From the NCBI GenBank assembly GCA_963714695.1, contig CAVQPQ010000001.1:7880-71879 (forward strand): a stretch of 64,000 nucleotides of DNA, written 5' to 3'. The first letter of the stretch is position 1; each line of letters begins with the position of its first letter. The translations under genes were made by a program, and so were the position numbers. Origin of the DNA: an uncultured Verrucomicrobiae bacterium (lineage in GTDB: Bacteria > Verrucomicrobiota > Verrucomicrobiia > Limisphaerales > UBA11358). The notes under the pieces are model-generated. The model was given only the letters and a program-made list of their open reading frames with translations. It ran no database searches and was not told the origin of the DNA. Shown piece by piece: positions 26,375-35,200 of the stretch.

Positions 26375-26476
26375 TCTCCCACAACCAACTTTGCTTTTCC
26401 ATCGTCCCGCCGGTACTTGACATATTCTTCACGCCAACCGGGACGTTGTCCCCGGCTAATCTCCGTTGCCGCTCCG

Positions 26477-26507
26477 CAGCCTTTGCGACTTTGCGCCTTC
26501 GCGTTAA
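26477..26507. repeat. Family E array, reverse orientation
   Basis: GCAGCCTTTGCGACTTTGCGCCTTCGCGTTAA is the reverse complement of TTAACGCGAAGGCGCAAAGTCGCAAAGGCTGC. Confidence 0.7.
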
Positions 26508-26519
26508 ACCTGTTCAGTG

Positions 26520-26969
26520 TCAAAAGAGCCTCGAGATTCCGGCGATGACGGCCAGAACCGCCGCAAAAACGACCAGGATAATGATCGCCGTCTGGAAATG
26601 GCCGAAAAACAGGGACACACCCAGACAACCAATGACAATCTGAAAAACCAGCAGCAAAAGAACCTCGAAGCGGCCCCAATCTTCAAAGTGGGCGACCTTG
26701 TAAATCAGGGCCACGACCAGGGCGGGGAAAATCATTGCGCGGGCCCCAGCCGGGACAAACGTCACCACCAACCAAAGAGATGCGGCTTCAATGAGCGAGG
26801 CGATGACGGCAATTACCGCTTCCTTTCCCAAGCCGAGCAATTCGAGGCCGTCGCCGATCAAACCGTAAAATATGTTCAGCAACACGAGCGCTGTGCAAAG
26901 CGACAGAAAAGCCATCACCCAAAACACCGAAAGCTGTATCGCAGCGTGCATGATTAGCCTGACGACCAC
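26520..26969 (-). CDS. Hypothetical polytopic membrane protein
   Basis: 149 aa with four or five hydrophobic helices and coding-like composition. The start could instead be the internal Met at 26951. Confidence 0.5.
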   Translation of the reverse strand: MVVRLIMHAAIQLSVFWVMAFLSLCTALVLLNIFYGLIGDGLELLGLGKEAVIAVIASLIEAASLWLVVTFVPAGARAMIFPALVVALIYKVAHFEDWGRFEVLLLLVFQIVIGCLGVSLFFGHFQTAIIILVVFAAVLAVIAGISRLF

Positions 26970-27088
26970 CCAATTTTGCGTTTACCGTTTCCGTCGTTGC
27001 GTTCAATCTTCTCCCTCGTTTGCGTCACGCGCCGACCATTCAAAGACTGGTCCCAAAACTGTTGAGCGCGCTGCTGACAGATGTTTGG

Positions 27089-27559
27089 CTAGCGATGCAG
27101 GCGATCGGAATTTGAAATGCCCACCAATCCCAGCGGCACATCGTCCACACGCGGGCGAAAGACTTTCTCAATGGCATCCAGCAGTACAGTCCGGTTGATC
27201 GGTTTTCGCAAGTAGCCCACTGCGCCGGCGGCCAGACAACGATTCCTAAATTCCGCCGGGTCAGCCCCGGAAATGACGATGATGGGGATGCGTCTGGCCT
27301 GGGGGTTCATGCGTTTGATCCAATGAATGATCAGAAAGGCATCCCAGGTGTTGCCGCTCTCAAAGCCATCGGATGAAAAGAAAATATCGAGCAGGATGAG
27401 GTCCAGCTTTTCCTGGCGCACGATGGCAAAGGCTTCGGGACCGTCAACGGCGGTAAACACCTCGTAAAACTTGGGTTTGAGGGCCAGCGACAAGACTTTT
27501 AAAGCCACCGGATTGTCGTCAACAACCAGTATCTTTTTGGTTGGAAAACTTAACGCCAT
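27089..27559 (-). CDS. Stand-alone response regulator receiver protein
   Basis: Start at MALSFPTKKILVVDD. Motifs LILLDIFF and IIVISG, with GYLRKP at the end of the REC fold. Confidence 0.8.
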   Translation of the reverse strand: MALSFPTKKILVVDDNPVALKVLSLALKPKFYEVFTAVDGPEAFAIVRQEKLDLILLDIFFSSDGFESGNTWDAFLIIHWIKRMNPQARRIPIIVISGADPAEFRNRCLAAGAVGYLRKPINRTVLLDAIEKVFRPRVDDVPLGLVGISNSDRLHR

Positions 27560-27633
27560 AACAACAGAAACAGCATGCAAAATGCGCCAGAAAAAGGGAA
27601 GACAAATTTTTGGCCATTTGCCTATGGCGATGG

Positions 27634-27664
27634 GAGCGTGACAGGTCGCATTTTTTTGCGTTAA
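27634..27664. repeat. Family E-related fragment, reverse orientation
   Basis: GAGCGTGACAGGTCGCATTTTTTTGCGTTAA shares the GTGACAGGTC and GCGTTAA parts with 25734-25863. Confidence 0.5.
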
Positions 27665-27677
27665 ATCTTTTGTCTCG

Positions 27678-28058
27678 ATGGCGGATGAATCGTTCAAAGA
27701 ATTTGTGCTGGACCAGTTGCGCGCATTGCCGGATGTGCGTGCCAAGGCGATGTTCGGCGCGCATGGACTGTATCAAGACGAACATTTCTTCGGGATTTTG
27801 GACGAGGGCCGGTTGTTTTTCAAAACGGACGCGCAATCGCAGGCGGATTATGTGGCGCGCGGCATGGAACCCTTCACTTACGAATCGAGGGGGCGCACGC
27901 TGACGATGAGTTATCACGAAGTGCCGCTGGACGTGCTGGAAAATGCGCCGGAACTGGCGGCTTGGGCGCGCCGGGCAATCGAGGTGGCCGCCCGCAGCGG
28001 GAAATCTCGGAAACCATCCCGCCGGAACAAAGGAAATCAGTCCGACGCGCCGGTGTAA
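27678..28058 (+). CDS. TfoX/Sxy N-terminal domain protein
   Basis: FKEFVLDQL..VRAKAMFGAHGLYQDEHFFGIL..GRLFFKTD is typical of TfoX_N. Confidence 0.75.
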   Translation: MADESFKEFVLDQLRALPDVRAKAMFGAHGLYQDEHFFGILDEGRLFFKTDAQSQADYVARGMEPFTYESRGRTLTMSYHEVPLDVLENAPELAAWARRAIEVAARSGKSRKPSRRNKGNQSDAPV

Positions 28059-28363
28059 CGGATGCGCCAGAGGCAGTTCGGCGCCTTGGGCCAGGCCCCG
28101 GCCGGGCGCGGCACAAGGTGCGGCCCGTTGTCACTGGCACTGGTGGCGTAAGGCCGGGGCAGATCGCCGACGGTAATGAGACGGCGCACACCGGGCGCAT
28201 CGGTGGTCCAATCGCCCATGGCCACCGCTCCCTTGAGCAAATCGCCGGATGCTTCACCCGCCCGGGCAACGGCAAAACTGCAGGGCAGCGACCCGACGCC
28301 GATGGCAACAACCAGAGCCAGGCAACCCAACGTGTTAAGCGAAATGTGTTTTGATTTACACAT
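28037..28363 (-). pseudogene. N-terminal fragment of a PQQ-dependent sugar (sorbosone/glucose) dehydrogenase-like protein
   Basis: A signal peptide is followed by GDWTTDAPGVRRLITVGDLPRPYATSASDNGPHLVPRPAGAWPKAP. The ORF then stops after 108 aa and overlaps the tfoX 3' end. Confidence 0.4.
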
Positions 28364-28469
28364 TGCTCGTATTTATTGCCGGTTTGGGAGCGTCGTCAAG
28401 AGCGGGTTTGTCGAAAGCAAACCGGCCTTCCAACAAAGGCCCCGTGCCGGAGGCGCGCGACCTTTCTTT

Positions 28470-28525
28470 TGTAGCGGCGGTTTGTGACCGCCGCCATCCT
28501 CCGACGCTCACCGAGCGCCGCTACA
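28470..28525. repeat. Palindromic element (TGTAGCGGCG type)
   Basis: Arms are TGTAGCGGCGG and GCGCCGCTACA, with an internal GGCGGTTTGTGACCGCC hairpin. Single copy in the window. Confidence 0.6.
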
Positions 28526-28527
28526 AC

Positions 28528-28806
28528 CTACTTTTTGTAATGGCAGAGGTAGGCCACGTCCGCCGTGGCCTCGACATCGAAAGAAGCATGAGCCGGGACG
28601 ACAAAGAACTGGCCTTTGGAAAATGTCTGCCATGCGGCGCCCGGCAATTTTGCCTTCAACGTGCCGGCAACGACTTGCATCCGCTCTTCCGAGTCGGTCT
28701 TGAAGGTGTATTTGCCCGGCTCGATGACCCCGGCCGTGGCCGGCCCTTCCGGGGTGTTCACGGCCAGACTCTGAACTTTTCCGTCAAAATATGAATTATG
28801 TTTCAT
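28528..28806 (-). CDS. ppnP: Pyrimidine/purine nucleoside phosphorylase PpnP (DUF1255)
   Basis: Start at MKHNSYFDGKVQS. The 92-aa cupin-like protein is typical of PpnP/YaiE. Confidence 0.85.
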   Translation of the reverse strand: MKHNSYFDGKVQSLAVNTPEGPATAGVIEPGKYTFKTDSEERMQVVAGTLKAKLPGAAWQTFSKGQFFVVPAHASFDVEATADVAYLCHYKK

Positions 28807-28901
28807 GGGCAACAGTGTTGCCGGTTCGAAGGCAATTGGCAATCCAACACCCGGCGGCAGACTTGTGTTTCGCTGACCGTACGCGTAGAACACTTGGCGC
28901 C

Positions 28902-29258
28902 ATGACCGTAAATGACGAAAAAAACAGTCCGGTTTCATCCTCCAAGCGGGGCTCTCGGCTCCGGCTGACTGGCATCATCGTGCTGCTGCTGGGAATCGGC
29001 GGGGCGGGCGTGGTTTATTGGCTGGGGACGCGTTCTCCGGATGTGTCGGATGACCTTTCCATGGTGGGATACAACAAAGCCCAGACGCGGCAAATGGGAA
29101 TGCTTTACGGAAAAATGGGCCCGGTGATTGAGGAGTGGTGCGATGATTTGAAACAGCCCGGCACACAGGCGAAAATCATCGTGGGGGTTTCAATCCTCAT
29201 TGCGGCCGGCTGTTTTTACTTCGCCCGGTTGTTGGGCCATGACGACGAACCGCGCTGA
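28902..29258 (+). CDS. Hypothetical two-TM membrane protein
   Basis: Start at MTVNDEKN. TM helices IIVLLLGIGGAGVVYWL and IIVGVSILIAAGCFYFA. Confidence 0.5.
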   Translation: MTVNDEKNSPVSSSKRGSRLRLTGIIVLLLGIGGAGVVYWLGTRSPDVSDDLSMVGYNKAQTRQMGMLYGKMGPVIEEWCDDLKQPGTQAKIIVGVSILIAAGCFYFARLLGHDDEPR

Positions 29259-29309
29259 CGGAGTTGCGCGCCATGTCGAGGCACAGTCTCGACGCTACAA
29301 CACGGAAGG

Positions 29310-30185
29310 CTATACGCCGGGCTGCGCCGGCGCGCCACCCTTCACCACTGGCGCGTGTTTGACCGGAGTAGCGGCTTTTGCCAGGTCTTCCTTGCTCATG
29401 AGTTCAGTGTAGCTTTGCTGCTCCGCTTCAGCTTCCTCGATGTTCTTTCTGAGGGATTCCAGTTCGTTTGAGAGGATGGTTTGCTCATTGGCCAGATGTT
29501 CGGCCAGTTCCGCGATATACACCGGCAGCTTTTGGCCTCTCGGATCGCGCGCCATGAAGTTGCTTAGATCCTTCACATGTTCGCGTATCAGGTTGCCGAC
29601 ATGCACGACATTGGCGATCTTGGATTGCTTGACCTGGTCGGAAGCCAGGCCGGCAGAAACATCGGCATTCTTGAGCATGTTGCCCACATTGCGCATCACG
29701 CTGGCGGCTATCTCCACCATCCCCGCCTGACGGGAAGCCGCGAGAAGTTCCTTCTGCGTCCTCTCGATTTCCGCCTCCATTTGTTTGCGCCCGTCAATTT
29801 CCATCTGTAGTTCCTCAATGGCTCTGATCAAGTGCGCTGTTTTCTTTTTAACTTCCGATTCCAATTCGGCCCGCAAACGCTGTTCCTCGCGCTCCAGCCG
29901 CAAGCGCTCATTGAGCAAGGTTTCAATGTGGACCATGCCGGTCAGCATCAGCAGCGATATGAGCGCATACATCACTTCAACCTCAACCCCTAAAGGCGCG
30001 CCGGCATTGAACAACGCGATGGATTGAAACAAGTGGAGCAGTGCGAGGAGCGAGAAAGCCCAGAACAGCGACCAACCCACGCGCGCCGTTCCGAAGATCC
30101 GGTTAAGTCGCAGGGCGTAGCCGGCGACGACGAATTGCAGCGCAGTGGCAATGAAACCCATGACCTCTTGCAAATTAAAATTCAT
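29310..30185 (-). CDS. Membrane-anchored sensor-kinase-like protein lacking a catalytic ATPase domain
   Basis: Start at MNFNLQEV, preceded by AAGGGGGA. Three TM helices and a coiled coil are followed by AGMVEIAASVMRNVGNMLKN (a DHp-like segment of some kinases, with no His at the usual place). No HATPase_c follows. Confidence 0.55.
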   Translation of the reverse strand: MNFNLQEVMGFIATALQFVVAGYALRLNRIFGTARVGWSLFWAFSLLALLHLFQSIALFNAGAPLGVEVEVMYALISLLMLTGMVHIETLLNERLRLEREEQRLRAELESEVKKKTAHLIRAIEELQMEIDGRKQMEAEIERTQKELLAASRQAGMVEIAASVMRNVGNMLKNADVSAGLASDQVKQSKIANVVHVGNLIREHVKDLSNFMARDPRGQKLPVYIAELAEHLANEQTILSNELESLRKNIEEAEAEQQSYTELMSKEDLAKAATPVKHAPVVKGGAPAQPGV

Positions 30186-30546
30186 ACGATCCCCCTTTGC
30201 GTATTGGCAGCAGAGCCGGCCTCTGGAACACAGTTGCGTCCAGAATTTAGACATGCCGTGCCCTCACCCTGTGAGCTTTGTCTTTTATAGTTTGTTCCCA
30301 TTATAAGCACACCCTTGGTAAAGCATTTGGAGAGCCAATCGTGAACCGCTGGCGCAGACACTCTGGCATTATTCCCGGCGCCAGCCAAATTCATCGCCTG
30401 TGCCAGTTCGCGACTCGGGCGATGAAAAACATATTGAACATGCGCAATCCCAGGAAGTCCAAGTAACGTTCGTCGCCGTTTGATTTGGCTTGCGGCGGCT
30501 GGACAACCGTGTTTTGCTGAAATGAGGCCAATTCCAATCATCAACC

Positions 30547-31362
30547 ATGATAAATAAAGTTGCCACCATTCTGGGAGTCGCGGTGCTGTTGTTGTCGGGT
30601 CAACGCGCCTTCACCGCCGACGCCACGGTTGAACTCAAGACTTTGGTCGAGAAAATCAGGTCCGATATGACCGCCGGTAAAACGAACTCGATTGATCTGG
30701 CCGATGACCTGAAGCAATTCGATATGCTGCTCGCTGAACACCAGGGTGAAAAAACGGATGCCGTGGCCGGGGTTGTGTACATGAAGGCCATGTTTTATGA
30801 TCAGGTTCTTCACGATCAGGCAAAAGCCGCCGAACTAGTGAAACAACTCAAGACCGACTTCCAAGGCACTGAATTTGTCGCCACACTGGAAAAACGCGAA
30901 GCGGCTCAGTTGGCGGCCCAACAAATCCAGGCCGGACTGGTGGTGGGAGCAAAATTCCCCGACTTCAATGAAACGGACGTGGCCGGCAAACCACTTTCCA
31001 TCGCCAATGACAAGGGCAAGGTGGTCCTCATAGATTTCTGGGCAACCTGGTGTGCGCCGTGCCGCGCCGAACTGCCCAACGTCCTTGCCACCTACAGAAA
31101 ATATCACGACCAGGGATTTGAGATCATCGGCATCAGCCTGGATCAGGATCAGACAAAACTCACCAGCTTCACCAAATCCATGAACATGACCTGGCCGCAA
31201 TTTTTTGACGGGCAGGGCTGGGGCAACAAACTGGCGGCGAAATATGGCATTGACAGCATTCCCGCCACTTTCCTGCTCGATGGCGAGGGTAAAATTATCG
31301 GCCGGGATTTGCGCGGTGAAGATCTGCAAGCGGCGGTGGCCAAAGCTCTGGCGAAAAAGTAG
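30547..31362 (+). CDS. TlpA/ResA-family thiol:disulfide oxidoreductase
   Basis: Signal peptide. Motifs VLIDFWATWCAPCRAELP and GIDSIPATFLLD. Confidence 0.85.
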   Translation: MINKVATILGVAVLLLSGQRAFTADATVELKTLVEKIRSDMTAGKTNSIDLADDLKQFDMLLAEHQGEKTDAVAGVVYMKAMFYDQVLHDQAKAAELVKQLKTDFQGTEFVATLEKREAAQLAAQQIQAGLVVGAKFPDFNETDVAGKPLSIANDKGKVVLIDFWATWCAPCRAELPNVLATYRKYHDQGFEIIGISLDQDQTKLTSFTKSMNMTWPQFFDGQGWGNKLAAKYGIDSIPATFLLDGEGKIIGRDLRGEDLQAAVAKALAKK

Positions 31363-31535
31363 CCTGTGTTTTTTACCGCAAGTTGCCGGACTGGCAGGCC
31401 GGGGCAAAGTCGCTGTTTGGTTGCCGCGTTGAGCCTTGTGACTCAATTTGTGAAGAATCAAGGCAGCGCCCCGACACCACGCGCAAATGTTTTTTGCTTT
31501 TCTTCCACGAACACCGGAAGGATTATCGCGCCGCC

Positions 31536-32249
31536 ATGAAACTGATTTTTATTCTCTTCGCGCTGGTTTGCGCCGCCACCATCGCGCGGGCCGATCTGGT
31601 CATGCAACAGCAAATCACGGTCTCAACCAACAACAGCATTGCCACGATGAAAGTCAAGGGGGCCAAAGTCCGCCTGGATTTGTATGCCGGCCAACCGCGA
31701 GCCATAAGCACCATCACGGATTTGAAGACGGGCGACGCCATCACCCTGCTGCACAACCAGAAAATGTTTGTAAAAACGTCCGGGGCGCCGACGAAGCAAA
31801 CCAAACCGTCGGGCAATGGCGCCAACACGAACACCGCACCCAAACCGCCCGTCCCGCAAGCCACGGGTAAAACCGAAAAAGTGGGCGGTTACAACACTGA
31901 GATTTACACGTGGTCGAATTCCCGCGGCATCACCGGAACGGCCTGGGTGGCCAAAAACTATCCGGATTACGCACGGATCCAGACCGACCTCGCCTTGCTG
32001 GACAAAGCCGCCGCCGATGCGAACAACACCCAGAATCCCGAGTTGAGCAAGCTGCCGGGCATGGTGGTGAGGTCACAAGTTGCCGGAGGCAAACAGACCA
32101 TTACAGTGACATTGGTTTCCGCCAGGGAAGAATCCATGGACGCATCGCTCTTTCAGATACCCGCCGGCTATAAAGAAATGCCGCAGCCAAAACCGTTTGT
32201 CCGCCCGGCTCCCAAGGTCGCGCCTGGCAACACCGCGCCCGGCAAATAA
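31536..32249 (+). CDS. DUF4412-like secreted protein
   Basis: Start at MKLIFILFALVCAATIARA (signal peptide). The beta-rich body has the VKGAKVRLD pattern. Confidence 0.6.
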   Translation: MKLIFILFALVCAATIARADLVMQQQITVSTNNSIATMKVKGAKVRLDLYAGQPRAISTITDLKTGDAITLLHNQKMFVKTSGAPTKQTKPSGNGANTNTAPKPPVPQATGKTEKVGGYNTEIYTWSNSRGITGTAWVAKNYPDYARIQTDLALLDKAAADANNTQNPELSKLPGMVVRSQVAGGKQTITVTLVSAREESMDASLFQIPAGYKEMPQPKPFVRPAPKVAPGNTAPGK

Positions 32250-32292
32250 GCGGCTCATTAGAGCGTCCGGCAACCGTTCGCGCCCATTTCAT

Positions 32293-35200
32293 TTACGGTG
32301 TGGCGGAACGGTAAAACTGGACCGGATGGCTGCCGGCATTCGTATCGGTGAATTGCCATGCGCCCGCGGGTCCGGCCACGTTGGTGCAGATGGGTTGCCA
32401 GATGACCGGCGGGGTCAGATTGGTGGCTGCGAAGACACGGCTGCCGATGTTCGGAGCGGTCAGCAAATTGAGCGTCACGCTGCCGTCCGGATTGAAAACG
32501 GACTTTGAAATGAGCGGCGCGGTGGCCACGCTCAACGTGACCAAGCTGCTGGTGAAGCTGCCGTAAGGACCGGTGACGATGACGGAATAATTACCGCTAT
32601 TGTTCATGGTGATATTGTTCAGGGTCAGCGTGGGATAGCTGGCAAACAGGCTCACTTTACAGATACGGTTGTTGAGTGTGTCTGCGATCAACAGATTGCC
32701 GGAGGCGTCCGTTTCCACGCCTCCAGTGAGATTAAAACTCGCATTGGTGATGGCGCCATTGCCCGCTACGGTGGTGATCACGCCGTTCGTGTCCACTTTA
32801 CGAATGCAGTTGTTGAGCCAATCCGCAATGAACAAATTGCCGAAGGGGTCCAATACGACGCCTGTCGGCAGATTTAGCATGGCATTGGTGGCCGCGCCAC
32901 CGTCACCGGAATAACCGCGTGTGCCGTTGCCTGCAACGGCGGTGATGATACCGTTGACATCCACTTTACGGATGCAGTTATTGCCTGTATCTGCAAAAAA
33001 CAGATTGCCGGAGATGTCAAACACGAGGTTTTCAGGATTATGCAGGATGGCATTGGTGGCCGCGCCACCGTTGCCGGAATAACCGCCTGTACCATTGCCC
33101 GCAACACTTGTAATAATGCCACTGCTGTCCACTTTGCGGATACAGTTGTTGAAATAGTCCCCAATGAACAGATTGCCGAAGGCATCCAAGGCCACACCGA
33201 AAGGACCGTGCAGTCCGGCATTAGTCGCCGGGCCACCATCACCGAAATAGCCGCCTGAACCATTGCCTGCCATAGTGGTGATCATGCCGTTGGTATTTAT
33301 TTTGCGGATGCGGTTGTTGGCGTAATCCCCAATGAACAGGTTCCCGTTGGCGTCCACGGTTACACCGTAGGGTGCGTTCAGACTGGCATTGGTGGCCGCG
33401 CCGCCGTCACCGGAAAAGCCGTTTATGCCGTTGCCTGCCACAGTGGTGATGATGCCATTGACGCTCAATTTGCGGATCCGATTATTGGATGCATCCGCGA
33501 TGAACAGGTTGCCGAAGGCATCCCAGGCCATACCCAAGGGGCTGTTCAGCATGGCATTGGTGGCCGGACCGTCGTCGCCGGAAAAGCCGGGACTGCCGTT
33601 GCCTGCCACGGTGGTCATGCCGTATGGCAGATTAGTGCCGTTCAACTGCCATTGATAGGTGAACGGGCCGGTATCGAAAATTTCTACATTGAATGTCGCC
33701 TTGCCGCCCATCATCACCAATTGATTGGCCGGCTCAACAGACACTAATTCGCCTCTCAAATGAGCCACACTGCTGGTCACACTGCCCCACATATTGGTGA
33801 TGATAACCGTATAATCACCCACGTCATTGGTGGCGGTGGCGTTCAGGAGCAGGTTGGTTGTCGTCGAACCAGAAAGGTTGCCATCATCGGCCAGATTCGC
33901 CCCGTTTTTCTGCCATTGAAAATGAAAAGGCACCGTGCCAATGACGGAAACACCAAATGAGGCCGGCGTCCCATATCGGACTGCAAGATTTTGAGGTTGA
34001 GACACAATGATCGGCGGCGACGAGGCCACAGTCAACGTGACAATACTGCTGGTAAAGCTGCCGTAGGGAGTGGTGATGATTACGGAATAATTGCCGGCGT
34101 CGCGCGCGGTGACGTTGTTCAGGGCAAGGGTGGGATAACTGGCAAACAATGCCACTTTCCGGACGCGGTTGTTGCTGGTGTCCGCAATAAACAGGTTGCC
34201 GAAAGTGTCCACCGCCACACCCAATGGTTGATACAGGCTGGTATTGGTGGCTGCGCCACCGTCACTGGAATAACCGGAACTGCCATTGCCCGCCACGGTC
34301 GTAATCATGCCATCAATACTTACTTTGCGGATGCGGCTGTTGATGTCGTCCGCGATGAACAGGTTGCCGGAAGCATCCAAGGCCACACCGTATGGAAAAT
34401 ACAGCTTGGCATTGGTGGCCGCGCCACCGTCGCCGGAATAGCCGTTTATGCCGTTGCCCGCCACAGTGGTGATGATGCCGTTGATGTCCACTTTCCGAAC
34501 GCGAAAGTTTAACGAGTCTGAAATGAACAAATTGCCGAAGGCATCCAAGGCCACACCAAAGGGATGATTCAGGCTGGCATTGGTGGCTGTCCCACCGTCG
34601 CCGGAATAACTGCCTGTGCCATTACCCGCTACTGTGTTAATCATGCCATTGGTGTCCATTTTGCGAACCCGGTTATTTAAGAAATCCGCAATGTACAGGT
34701 TGCCTAAATTGTCAAATGTTATGCCGTAGGGGTGGTTCAGGCTGGCATTGGTGGCGGGGCCGCCATCGCCGGAATAACTATTTGTACCGTTGCCGGCCAC
34801 AGTCGTAATGATGCCATTGGTGTCCACTTTGCGAATCCTATTGTTGTTATAGTCTGCAATGAAAAGATTGCCGGAAGGATCCGTAACGGTGCTTCCGGAG
34901 GAAGACAGGCTGGCATTGGTTGCAGGGCCGCCATCGCCGGAATAACTGTTTGTCCCGTTGCCCGCCACGGTGGTAATCACGCCGTTGACACTTACTTTGC
35001 GAATGCGATTGCTTGAGCCTGTAATGAACAAATTGCCGGAGATGTCCAAGAACACACTGAAGGGATGCACGGAGGCATTGGTAGCGGGACCGCCGTCGCC
35101 GGAAAAAGCATTTGTGCCGTTGCCGGCCACGGTGGTAATGATGCCATCCGGCAAATTGGTGCCATTCAACTGCCATTGAAAGGTGAACGGGCCGGCGCCG

